A DNA stretch of 64,000 nt from Auanema rhodensis (GCA_964057225.1 OZ059895.1:18662001-18726000); one strand, 5' to 3'; numbered from the stretch's first letter, positions 28,936 through 40,990 are shown. The notes: generated by a model from the letters alone, not told the origin. A program made the numbers and translations.

Positions 28936-30302
28936 TGAGAGAGGGGGGAAGAGAGACGGTCTTTATCATGTTGGGGGGAGAGACACAACACGTCTATGTG
29001 ATACGACACGTGCATTGATCCCACTGGGAGGTGACACTGCTTCATCGGTTTAATTACCCAAGTTTGAGGTACTTTCCTGATTCAACCAGAAACATTCTGT
29101 GTTCGAATTAAATTTTGGAACGCTCTCCACTGGAGAGCAACATGAATCGAAAATCATTGAATGAATCAAGTTCTTTGGATTTTCGGTTCTTCAATAATCA
29201 CTGTAGTAATAGGTGGGTAGATCCATAATTTGTAAAATAAAGCAGTTTATATTGCAGTTTGTACGAATGAATTCTTATCAGAACTAGTTAATGCTACAGG
29301 ATTTGCTGTTATTAATGTTCTTCTTGTATCTGAGTTGATTTCACCAGCTGCAAGGGTTTCTGCACTGCAGGTTTGATCTTCAAACTGATACGATAATTGA
29401 CTTGAACAACAACATGATTTTCTAAATTTTGATTTCAGTTGACTCTTGGTTTGGGATTTTTCCTTTCAATACCTCAAAATTGTTTTCCATTTATATATTC
29501 TATATGGCCTCCTTTTTATGTTCTTATGTTATGCATAGTTCAACCATGTTTTATAGTATATATTTATAGGTAAAACAATATTTTTTTTGTATTTTAAAGA
29601 AAAAATATTTATAAATAATAATTATAATAATATTAAAAATCGTAAATTTTTAATAAATAATACAATATATTCTAAATTTTAATTTTTGATATGTAATAGG
29701 AACTACGAAGCGTTTGCAAACTTGGAAGAAACGTTAGAATTTTTGTTTCCTCTTGGATTAATCAAAATTCCTTGTTTGAAACACCTATAAGGATGCAGGT
29801 GGCAACAAATACAGAACAGCTCAAAAGCTAAAGAACAAATTGACTATGCTCAAGTTTGTTCAGGAGGTTGGAAAGGTTTATTATAGTATCACTAAATAGA
29901 TATTTCAGATTCAGACTGCTCATATAATATAGTATTATATTCATTCTATTATAATCAATATTAAAGAAAAAAACCAAAAGAAAACTCTTCAATACAGTTT
30001 ATGATGCTATAATTTTGAAATCAGCATAACATATAATACAATTTCAATTCAAAGTCAAATAATATACCGTATGATATTGTATAAAAAAATAATTTAAATT
30101 GTATCTTTCAGTGTTTTTTTCAGTTTTATAAGCTTCTGGTCATGGTCGTCTCAAGGATCTTTGACAATTTTCGTTTATTCATGATGTGTTTTTAATTAAT
30201 TTATAATTATTAATGATAATAGATTACTTGTACATATCTTTTTCTCTTTTTTTAATAAAAACTTTAATTGAAAATAATAAATTTAAAAATACATTGTCAT
30301 AG

Positions 30303-31534
30303 ATGAATCTTGAGTTCTTACCTTGGTTTGCTGGCATCTCAAGTTTTGTGGGAATTATAGTCAATGCTATTTTCATTTTTATAATTATTAGATGTCCATC
30401 AACTAAAATATCTTCATATAAATATTATTTATATATTTATACAGTTATTGATTTATGTTTAAGTTTTTTTTTTATTTTTAACTTACCGGTAAATTAAAAA
30501 AAAAGTTTTATAAGAGTAATAACAACAACATTCAAGGTTTTTCTTAAAAATCATACAATAATAGTTAAAATATCATATGGTCTATCAAGATATTACAATT
30601 ATATTTGGGGTATGATTCTACTTTATGCACATTGTACATCACTATGTGCTTCTATGCTTATTTTATGCAATTGTTTCATCTATCGCTATATAGCATTATG
30701 CTCGTAAGATTGCTCATAATCAATATATTTTTATTTATTTTTTAATTTTTAGACATAAAACAGTTCGAATATTTAATCATCCTTTAACAATATCTATTAT
30801 AATATTATTAAATTTATTTGTTTTATTATTTTGGAGTTCAATAGTTCATAGAGGATTAGGTCCTCATCCTATTATTGAAGAAAGAATGAGAGATTATATC
30901 ATGGAAAAGTCTGGAATTGATATTGTTGACCATTATTATGTCGCAATTTCTCCTGAGGTTTGAGTTTTCTTGTTATTATTCTCTCTCTCCCTCTATCTCT
31001 CTCTCCCTCTATCTATCTCTCTCTCTCTCTTATATAAAATATAATTTATTTTAAAATATTTAGTTACTTTATATAGAGTCTAGTAGAAACAAATGGGTTA
31101 CTAGCATTGTATCATTTTTTTCTTTCGGAATTATTACAACAATATGTTGCTCAATGGGAATTATAAATAAATTAAAACAACAAGAACTTTTAAGTGAAAA
31201 AGTTAAAAAATATCATAAACATATTGTAAAACTTTTACTTATACAGGTAATTGAATTAATTAATTGAATTAATTTTTTTTCTTTTCAGAGTGGTTTACCA
31301 TTTCTATTTTTAGAATTTCCTCTTTTAGCTTTTTATTTCCTTTTCTTTGTTTTTGGTTATAATTTTCAAAAAGATTTATTGCTGTATTTAACAATAAGCT
31401 TTAACCTTCTTCCAATAGCAAATCCATTAATATCAATATATTTTCTTAAAGATTATAGAAATTTTATTTTTAAAAAAATTGAAAGTTTCACCAACAATAG
31501 CTCAAAAGTTTCACGAGCAGAAAAATGTACATAG
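30303..31534 (+). CDS. Nematode serpentine chemoreceptor (Str/Srd-like 7TM GPCR), 5 exons, apparently intact
   Basis: In-frame spliced product with family-like motifs SYKYYL..TVIDL, CFIYRYIALC, LSEKVKKYHKHIVKLLLIQSGLP and PIANPLISIYFLKDYR. Stop TAG at 31532-31534. Confidence 0.85.
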
Positions 31535-31536
31535 AG

Positions 31537-32263
31537 TTCGGGGCTGGTATCGTTTCGCCCACCCCCCCCCCCCCCCCTAATAATCAGAGAGTTAACATTA
31601 GAGCGCATTGGTTTTTTACCTGAAAATACAGAGTCTCATCTTTGCGAGTGGGAGTGCTCTCTCTAATACATTTAATACTTTAAAATTTTGTTGAAGCTCT
31701 CTCTATCTGGGGGGATACCCCCCCAGACCCACTGGATCTGGGATAGAGCACTGGCCGCTGGTTTAGGCAAAGCTATTGTGTGTCCAAAATGTTATTAGCG
31801 CGCTCTAATGTTAACTCTCCATTTAATTAGCATAAATTAAAGTTCACGTAAATTTCAAAGTCATGGTTACCATGCACCAATATCAATAAAAATTTGTTTT
31901 TAGACTAATATGGACATGGGGAATCTAATTTTGAAAACCGCATCTCTTTATCTTTCACGTGAAGCGAGTTACATACCAAGTGCACATCACGTGTACATTT
32001 AATTAGCATAAATTAAAGTTCACGTAAATTTCAAAGTCATGGTTACCATGCACCATGACTTTGAAATTCATCTGGGTTATGTTCTATCCCAGATCCAGTG
32101 GGTCTGGGGATACCCCCCCAGACCCACTGGATCTGGGATAGAGCACTGGCCGCTGGTTTAGGCAAAGCTATTGTGTGTCCAAAATGTTATTAGCGCGCTC
32201 TAATGTTAACTCTCTCATTATTAGGGGGGGGGGGGGGGTGGGCGAAACAATACCAGCGCCGAA
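31537..32263. mobile_element. Non-autonomous foldback/MITE-like element with ~70-bp terminal inverted repeats containing poly-C/poly-G and internal duplications
   Basis: Left TTCGGGGCTGGTATCGTTTCGCCCACCC(C)nTAATAATCAGAGAGTTAACATTAGAGCGC is inverted relative to right GCGCTCTAATGTTAACTCTCTCATTATTAGG(G)nTGGGCGAAACAATACCAGCGCCGAA. No coding capacity; no clear target-site duplication. Confidence 0.65.
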
Positions 32264-32306
32264 TAACATAACCCAGATGATTTCAATTGAAAATATTTAT
32301 TTTAAC

Positions 32307-33192
32307 TTAAGAAGTTGTATAACCTTTATGTTCTTGATTTAAAGAATGATAAATTCTTTTATATCCTGAATATGAATTCCATTTTGTACATAAATGTCCA
32401 ATTATAATTCCAAGAATGAATAATATTAATCCTTTGAATAATGAATAAAATGAGTTTGATTTTGAATAATTTTCAATATCTTCAATCATTTCATTCTAAA
32501 AAGAATTATTTTAGTTTATTATAAAATATTATATAAACCTTAATGGATATTAATGAAGATTTGTGAGATAAAGTAATATTATCATCAAACTGTACCATAT
32601 CATGAAGCCAATAATCCAAAACTTCTCTGAAATTATTTAAATTGTTTCAAAAGAAATTGAAAATAATTTTACTTATTATAATGATTATTCATATATGATT
32701 TAAGACCTGTGATTACATTCCCATCAATATGCATATAATTATTTTTTTCTCTTTGTAATGAAATCCAATCTATAAAAATAAAATTGTTGTATTTCCTTAT
32801 TAGTTGCTGATATACTTGAATCTGGAACTCCTGTTTTCATAAAATTTATAAAGTATTTCACATATACTTAGATGATACTTGTTCGTTTTCATCTTTTTCA
32901 AATGAATGTGTTTCCAATAAATAATATAAATCATCTGTATGTTCAGCATGACGAGGATTTTCATAAGAATATAGATAAACCTAATAAGCATAAAATGAAT
33001 TTAAAACTTTAAACTTTTTATACATTCCCTCCAGCCTTTATCATACTTTGAGCAACTTTATGTGCTCCAAAAAATACAGTTTGGGATATATGGCTATGAT
33101 TAAACTCTGAATAGTAATATTATTCAACAAAAAAAAAAATTTTATTTGACTTACTGAACTTTTCAGCTAAAAGATTTTGATCAAAATCTTTT
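32307..33192 (-). pseudogene. 5'-truncated, disrupted carboxylesterase (type B)-like gene with a C-terminal TM segment
   Basis: Exon remnants encode FGAHKVAQSMIKAGGN / VYLYSYENPRHAEHTDDLYYLL (catalytic-His region), ..DYWL.. and TM GLILFILGIIIGHLC. Frameshifts or stops are present and the sequence is cut off at ~33193. Confidence 0.7.
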
Positions 33193-33317
33193 ACATGAAT
33201 CGAAAATCATTGGTTGAATCAAGTTCTTTGGATTTTTAAAAGTGAAAAATCAACGAAGATGATAATCATTCTGGGAATTATAGTTGATATGAGCCAAGTT
33301 CAGATGTAGCCTACACG

Positions 33318-33500
33318 GTATTCAGATATGTAGAATCTGAATTTCGTAATGAGATTTAGCTGGGACTTCTCCTCATTCAGGAAAACAAGTTATATCCAGC
33401 CCATCCAGAAGATTTGTTCACAAAAGGTTCAGGCTCTTTTCACGTTGTGCCCGGTGAATGTCCCTTTTTCTCAGAAATCATCAACTAAATTCAAATAAAA
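33318..33500 (+). repeat. Solo 200-bp satellite monomer (1-bp deletion variant)
   Basis: Matches the main array unit. Confidence 0.9.
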
Positions 33501-33786
33501 CTATCCAATTTTATTGAAGCTTTTTTATAATTTTTATTGAATATTTTATTTGGAAATGAATAATACTGCAAGATTTTATGATTTGAAGTTTAATGGATAT
33601 TTAAGTAAACCATTTAAATAATCCAAAATTTAAAATTAAAATTAAATGATATGTACCCATGTATTTTCTGCCTTCTATTTTCACAAATCATTTATTTGTC
33701 TTTTTTCCTTCGCGACATTAACTTCAAGCAATTCTCCCATGCAATAGAATGCATTAATTAAAAAACAAATTTCAAATAAAAATACT

Positions 33787-35136
33787 TTAATTATTCAATA
33801 AATAAGCCCGTTCTTCATCTACAAACAATGTTTGTGAGCCAAGTCCTTCTATTTCGGTCTCAAGGAGCTTCCGCTTTGTTGGCAGAGAATTTGGAGAATT
33901 TTGCTGCTCGATTTGCAATTGAGCCTAAAAATGTAAACTTAATTTTGTTTTAAAGCGAATTCAATTCTTACCATAAGAGAATCCTGTATACGCACTGCGG
34001 GAGATATTATGTTTTTAGGACTATATGTCGCTGCTTCAGAGATCGCAAGATGTGTAAAACCAAAATCTGACATACGAGTCACCCCATAATTTAATCCAAT
34101 AAGTCCGCGGGAGCTCCAACACGCAGCACATAAAATGTTTAACATTTGATCCAAACTAATAGTAAATGTTATACTCACCGGAATATCCTCTAGAACTTTG
34201 TCCAGTTCCTAAATAAAACGGTCCCATTAGTGGAACTGACGGTCTGTCATTGAGGGTGAAGTAGTACCCATGAACGGAATGCACAATTCCATTTAAATAT
34301 GCTAATTGCTGGCGTCCACAACTCACATGACCGAATCCCGCCAAAAGGAAAATTTCGGATTCTTCGGCACGGACCAGGGATGGCGCTGTCTACAAAAATA
34401 AGTATCGTTAAACAGAAGTACCAACAAGAATAAATTACCTGGACAATGATCTCCTTGCTGCGAAGAAGAATGAAGTCTAACCTTTCATTTATGTCAACTA
34501 CAGTAACGTCCCACCCATTTTCCATATTGAATTGATCCTCGGATTTGGCCAAAAAAATTTTCATGACACTTCCAACTTGGAGCAGAAGGTGCGTTCCATG
34601 CCGAAACGTAACGAAGTAACGTGGATGAACACAAACCACGGTTGATATTCCAGCCGAATCAATGGCATAGAACATCCATTTGTCGATGTATTTAGACATT
34701 GGATGCGGTGGTGAAGGAGCTAACAATTGTTATCATTTAAATTACTGATATCATGAGATGTGCAATATATTTTTAGTAACAAATTTAGAATTACTTTTGG
34801 GATATGGGCTGACGATCGGACCTAGATCTACCGACGTTGCTGGGTGAGGAGGTGCCTTATTGGATTTAACAAAGAATTGCATAGCTGACCAACCATTCGG
34901 AAGGACAAACGCTGTACCAGCCTCATTTAATCTAAATTAATTGAAATAAAACAAAAAAATCAAAATATGACTTACCCACATCCTTTTTGACGACCGTTAG
35001 TTTCATAACTTAAAGAAACAATAGCATCCGAAGGAAGGAGAAACTGGCTTTTGACTGTGCTCTGATTCAAAATATTGCTCAACAAATCTAATTCAACGTC
35101 CTTGTTCATCATCTTGATACGGATGGTTTGAGCCAT
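33787..35136 (-). CDS. 6-exon gene: N-terminal TDP-43-NTD/ubiquitin-like domain fused to a trypsin-like serine protease, no signal peptide; this copy has a defective splice acceptor
   Basis: Spliced: MAQTIRIKMMNKDVELDLLSNILNQSTVKSQFLLPSDAIVSLSYETNGRQKGCGLNEAGTAFVLPNGWSAMQFFV...YFVTFRH...RLDFILL...SSRGYSGAACWSSRGLIGL...LLNN*. His/Asp/Ser occur in trypsin-fold order and context. All junctions are GT-AG except one AT acceptor at 34131-34130. Confidence 0.7.
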
Positions 35137-35431
35137 TTTGAAAGAAGAATGAATCTGAATACAAAGAATTAACTGTTTCCATGTTCTCTGTAAATATATA
35201 CAATTAATTGGAGAGAGAGAGCAAAATAAGGGGAAGTTGATAACAAACCCAACGTGAAAGAGAAAACAACAAGGGTTAAAAAAAGTTAATGGAAGAAGTC
35301 GATGTTAGTAGTTTCTCGTCTTCCTCTGCGTCTCTGCTTACCGACGCCTCACTCTCACCACCATAGTCTAACTCGTTTGCGTGTGCCTTGTTGAACTGGA
35401 GCAAATGTGTGATTGTGCACGGTCACAGTAA

Positions 35432-36595
35432 GGAATCTGAATTTTCTAGTGAGATTTAGCTGGGACTTCTCCTCATTCCGGAAAACAGGTTTATATCGAG
35501 CCCCTCCAGAAGATTTGTTCACAAAAAGGTTCAGGCTCTATTCACGTTGTGCCCGGTGAATGTCCCTTTTTCTCTAAGATGATCAACTATATTCAAATAA
35601 AAATATTCTGAGGTTGGGTATTCAGATGTGAAGAATCTGAATTTCCTAGTGAGATTTAGCTGGGACTTCTCCTCATTCAGGAGAACAGGTTTATATCCAG
35701 CCCATCCGGAAGATTTGTTCACAAAAAGGTTCAGGCTCTATTCACGTTGTGCCCGGTGAATGTCCCTTTTTCTCTGAGATCATCAACTATATTCAAATAA
35801 AAATATTCTGAGGTTAGGTATTCAGATGTGAAGAATCTGAATTTCCTAGTGAGATTTAGCTGGGACTTCTCCTCATTCAGGAGAACAGGTTTATATCCAG
35901 CCCATCCGGAAGATTTGTTCACAAAAAGGTTCAGGCTCTATTCACGTTGTGCCCGGTGAATGTCCCTTTTTCTCTGAGATCATCAACTATATTCAAATAA
36001 AAATATTCTCAGGTTGGGTATTCAGATGTGCAGAATCTGAATTTCCTAGTGAGATTTAGCTGGGACTTCTCCTCATTCCGGAAAACAGGTTTATATCCAG
36101 CCCATCCAGAAGATTTGTTCAGAAAAAGGTTCAGGCTCTATTCACGTTGTGCCCGATGAATGTCCCTTTTTCTCTGAGATCATCAACTATATTCAAATAA
36201 AAATATTCTGAGGTTAGGTATTCAGATGTGAAGAATCTGAATTTCCTAGTGAGATTTAGCTGGGACTTCTCCTCATTCAGGAGAACAGGTTTATATCCAG
36301 CCCATCCGGAAGATTTGTTCACAAAAAGGTTCAGGCTCTATTCACGTTGTGCCCGGTGAATGTCCCTTTTTCTCTGAGATCATCAACTATATTCAAATAA
36401 AAATAATCTGAGGTTGGGTATTCGGATGTGTAGAATCTGAATTTCCTAGAGAGATTTAGCTGGGACTTCTCCTATTTCCGGAAACCCGGTTTATATCCAG
36501 CCCATCATTCAAGTAGATTTGATTTAAAAAAATTCTGAAGTTGTGTATTCAAATATGCAGAATCTGAATATCCTACTTAGATTTGGCTGAGCCTT
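35432..36595 (+). repeat. Small array of the 200-bp satellite (~5.5 copies, distinct subfamily, degenerate right end)
   Basis: 200-bp period; diagnostic AATCTGAATTTCC versus AATCTTAATTTCC in the large array. Confidence 0.95.
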
Positions 36596-36756
36596 TCTCC
36601 GCAATTTATGTGCAACAGGCCCTCTTTTTTTTAGATCCATTTTATTTTTTTTCAGATTAATCACTCTTAAATTAAATGTTTTAGAGCTTATTCGAATAGT
36701 GAAGTTGAATAAAATGAAAGAATATAAAAATATGGTAAGAAGGTATAGTTTATATC

Positions 36757-38098
36757 TAAGGAGGAATCGAAGAGCCGAGGAAGAGTCGAGGAAGAACTGA
36801 GCAAGAGCTGAAAAAGAGCTGAGGGAGAACGGAAGAACCGAAGTGAGAAAGAGTCGAGAAAAAATCGGAGATTCGAAGACCTGAGGAAAAGAGTAAAAAC
36901 CGGAGAGTCAAGGAAGATCTGAAGAGCAGAGAAAGAACGGAAGAGTCGAAGCAGATCTGAGGAACCGAAGAGCCGACAAGGAACATATGAGGAACCGAGG
37001 AAGAACCGAAGAGGTGAGGAAGAGGCGAGGAAGAGATGAGGAAGAGCTGAGGAAAGGCCTAGGAGGAGAAAAGGAAAAATCGTCGAGGATGATCTGAAGG
37101 CCCTAAGAGTCCAGCAGGAGTCGAGAAGCCGAGAACAAGCCGAAGCGTCGAAGAAGATCTGGTGAGTCCAGGAAGATCTCACGAGTCGACGGAGATCCGA
37201 AGAATAGAAGAAGATCTGAAGAATCGAAGAGTCGAAGAAGATCTGAGGAGGAACCGAAGAGTCCAGTCCAGGAGGAGCATAAGAAGAACCGAATAGTCGA
37301 AGAAGATTCGAAGAGTCAAAGAAGATCGGAGTAGGAACCGAAGAGCCGAGGAAGAACCGAAGAGTCGAAGAAGATCCGAACAATCGAAGAATAACCGAAG
37401 AGCCGAAGAAGATCCGTACAATCGAAGAAGAACCGAATAGTCTAAAAATTCGGAGGAAGATCGGAATAGTCTAAAAAGATCGGAGGAAGATCCGAATAGT
37501 CTAAAAAGATCGGAGGAAGATCCGAAGAGTCGAAGAAGATCGGAGTAGGAACCGAAGAGTCCAGGAAGATCCGAACAACCGAAGAATAACCGAAGAGTCG
37601 AAAAAGAGCCGAGGAAGATCCGAAGAGTCAAAGAAGATTTGAAGAGGAACAGACAGTTCAGTACAAGAGGAGCAGAAGAAGAACCGAATAGTCGAAGAAG
37701 AGCAGAAGAAGATCCGAAGAGTCGAAGAAGATCCGAACAACCGAAGAATAACCGAAGAGTCGAAAAAGAGCCGAGGAAGATCCGAAGAGTCGAAGAAGAG
37801 TCGAATAATCGAGGAAGAGCCGAGGAAGATCCGAAGAGTCGAAGAAGATCTAAGGAGGAACAGAAGAGCTGTGGAAGAACCGAAGAGTCCAGGAAGATCC
37901 GAACAACCGAAGAATAACCGAAGAGTCGAAAAAGAGCCGAGGAAGATCCGAAAAGTCGAAGAAGAGTCGAATAATCGAGGAAGAGCCGAGGAGGATCCGA
38001 AGAGTAGATGAAGAGCCGAGAAGAAGCAGAGGAAGAACCGAAGAGTCCAAGAGGAACCGAAGAGTCCAGGCAGATCCGAACAATCGAAGAAGATCCAG
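36757..38098 (+). repeat. Purine-rich modular minisatellite (GAAGAGCCGAG/GAAGATCCGAA ~9-10-bp modules), left outer arm of the palindrome
   Basis: Seen directly; reverse-complement relative of 41632-46830. Confidence 0.9.
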
Positions 38099-38656
38099 CT
38101 CAGGAGCTGTTGGCCGTAATGCCAGTTGTTCTTGTCTTTCTTCTGCAGAACTATCATATGGAAGTTATTTTTTTAGTTGATCTTATGGAATTTCTGAGAA
38201 TAAGCTTATAAATGAAAGCTTCAAGTTAAATAATAAAATACCTTGCTCATTCTTTTGTTTTTCCGCGAGTACGGCAGAGCTGTAAAAGGACTTCGGAGTC
38301 TGAAGAGCTCAGGAGCTGTCGACCTATTCGGAAGGCGACAGTCGGAGAAATGATTGTCAACTGAAAAAAAATTGCTTATATACCCTTTGACGGGCAGACC
38401 ACGTAAACCACGTTTACGTAAGATTTTAAAAATTTCAAAAACAAAAACCGGCTGTACACGATTTGAAAATTACAAGAAATGAAAGAAAATTATGTAAAAT
38501 AAATGTTTTAATTCAGATTTGAATCAATTATATCATATTTTTAAAATTATTATATTGTTTTATACTTTTTTATACTGTTTAAAAATATAAAATAATTTTA
38601 TATAATAAATATTGTTAACTGAATAATTGTTTTTCATTTATTTTAAACTGGAAATG
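38098..38656 (-). repeat. High-identity left arm of the large inverted repeat (one 209-bp unit, promoter-like segment, AT-rich segment)
   Basis: Reverse complement of ~40655-41212 at high identity. Confidence 0.95.
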
Positions 38657-39528
38657 ATTAGATTGAAATGATAGAATCAAGATAGACTAAAATTTATTCT
38701 TATTTGACTAAAGTTTGACTTCATTTAAATTAACCCAGGGAATCAAATATTCTCAAAAAGAATAAAGATAATAATTATGAACAAATGCCTAACCCACTCC
38801 TCCAAAAAAGTATTTTGCACCAATACACAGTCTCTCAAAACTCTAGGCAATGCTATCCTGTATTGTTATCATTTTATATTTTCGAGAAAATTCAAAATTT
38901 TATTTTTAACGAATAAAATTTTGAAAATAAAAAATTTTTTTAAAAAAAAAAATAAAGTTATATTTGAATAATTTCTTTCTATTTTATTAAAAGTTTAAAA
39001 ATATATTTTTATTTGTTTTGAATAATATTAAAGCAATAAAAACAAAAGAAAAAAGAAATGTAATTGAATTTTAAATAAGATAACTGATTTATACATTTGA
39101 ATCAAAGTTGAGATGATTATCAATAGAGCGCGAACTTAAATAGTATTGTTCTTAAGTATAGTTTATAAAAAAATTATGATTAACAATAATAAATTAAGTA
39201 TTATTAAAAATCAAATATATGAAATCAAACCCGTAGAACGTAAAACACCGATTGAAATTCCGAAATATTATCAGATTAACGAGATATAACACCTTGAACA
39301 TGCACTCATGGTGAGGCTATATTGAATTAAGGTTTATATGATATATCCATATTTTATTTTATCATATAGTTACCTTTTATATAAAAATGTGGTCAATAGC
39401 CGAAAGGATAAGATGACAGACTGGCACTCCAACGGTCCAAGATCGAATCCCACAGGATACGGATCAAAACATAAGGTAAGACAAAGATTACAGAGGCGGA
39501 CCCGGAACCCGAGGACCAGGAACCTCTG

Positions 39529-40075
39529 GAAGATCAGAGCCCGAGGAGGATCAGAAGACGGGACGACGAGAGGCCGAGGAAGATCAGAGCCCGAGGAGGA
39601 TCAGAAGACGGGACGACGAGAGGCCGAGGAAGATCAGAGCCCGAGGAGGATCAGAAGACGGGACGACGAGAGGCCGAGGAAGATCAGAGCCCGAGGAGGA
39701 TCAGAAGACGGGACGACGAGAGGCCGAGGAAGATCAGAGCCCGAGGAGGATCAGAAGACGGGACGACGAGAGGCCGAGGAAGATCAGAGCCCGAGGAGGA
39801 TCAGAAGACGGGACGACGAGAGGCCGAGGAAGATCAGAGCCCGAGGAAGATCAGAAGACGGGACGACGAGAGGCCGAGGAAGATCAGAAGACGAGGAGGA
39901 TCAGAAGACGGGACGACGAGAGGCCGAGGAAGATCAGAAGACGAGGAGGATCAGAAGACGGGACGACGAGAGGCCGAGGAAGATCAGAAGACGAGGAGGA
40001 TCAGAAGACGGGACGACGAGAGGCCGAGGAAGATCAGAAGACGGTACGACGAGAAGCCTGGAGGATCAGAAGACA
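39529..40075 (+). repeat. 50-bp GC/purine-rich tandem repeat, ~10.5 copies, at the centre of the palindrome
   Basis: Unit AGATCAGAGCCCGAGGAGGATCAGAAGACGGGACGACGAGAGGCCGAGGA starts at 39531, 39581 ... 40031. Confidence 0.97.
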
Positions 40076-40890
40076 GGTTCGATTTTACAATATTTGCAAG
40101 TTTACTATATTTACAAGTTCCGTACTACTTGATTTATTTCAGTTAATTATACGAGTTAGTGCAATTATACTAGAAAACAATACTCGATAAGTCGCGCTCC
40201 ACTGATAATCATCATAACTTGGATTCAAATGTATAAAATTCATTTATCATATTAAAAATTCAAATACAAATACTTTTCAATTTTATTTCAATATTTATAT
40301 AAATATTACTATATATTTCTATGTGAAAAGAAGCGATTGTGCGAGTGATTCAAATGTATAAAATTAAAGAAGGGGGGGGGTGTAAGTCTAACATATCAGA
40401 AATTATTTAGTACTGTCAAGTACAATTCTAGGCTTAATCGTATGCACTGCCTATAGTTTCTTTCAAAAACATTATCATTAAAGAACTTTTTAAGCATAAA
40501 ATTTATTAAACAAATTCACACAAGCGCGCTAAATTAGAATAAAGGAGGAGTGGGTTAGGCATTTGTTAATAATTATTATGTTGATTCTATCATTAAATTA
40601 TAATTAATTATCTTAATCTTTATATGTTTCAAATTATTTAAATGTTTATTAATGATTTCCAGTTTAAAATAAATGAAAAACAATTATTCAGTTAACAATA
40701 TTTATTATATAAAATTATTTTATATTTTTGAACAGTATAAAAAAGTATGAAACAATATAATAATTTTAAAAATATAATATAATTGATTAAAATCTGAATT
40801 AAAACATTTATTTTACATAATTTTCTTTCATTTCTCGTAATTTTCAAATCGTGTACAGCCGGTTTTTGTTTTTGAAATTATTAAAATCTT

Positions 40891-40948
40891 ACGTAAACGT
40901 GGTTTACGTGGTCTGCCCGTCAAAGGGTATATAAGCAAATTTTTTTCA
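40891..40948 (+). promoter_or_regulatory. Promoter-like cassette: ACGTAAAC-N3-GTTTACGT dyad, TATATAAG, then TTTTCAG; mirrored on the - strand at ~38361-38419
   Basis: The motifs are seen directly; promoter function is inferred from their arrangement only. Confidence 0.35.
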
Positions 40949-40990
40949 GTTGACAATCATTTCTCCGACTGTCGCCTTCCGAATAGGTCG

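Noticed and set aside
29240-29950. Exon-like fragments on both strands near 29.3 and 29.8 kb
   Set aside because: No recognisable domain and no consistent gene model could be built.
39338-40132. 264-aa R/E/D-rich ORF
   Set aside because: It runs through a 50-bp unit (not a multiple of 3) that cycles through all frames and lacks stops only because the strand is T-poor.
40550-40562. Isolated TTAGGC hexamers (also ~11631, ~11749, ~31763, ~32158) as telomeric remnants
   Set aside because: Single hexamers with no tandem array and no matching right half-site at the 15-nt spacing; expected by chance.
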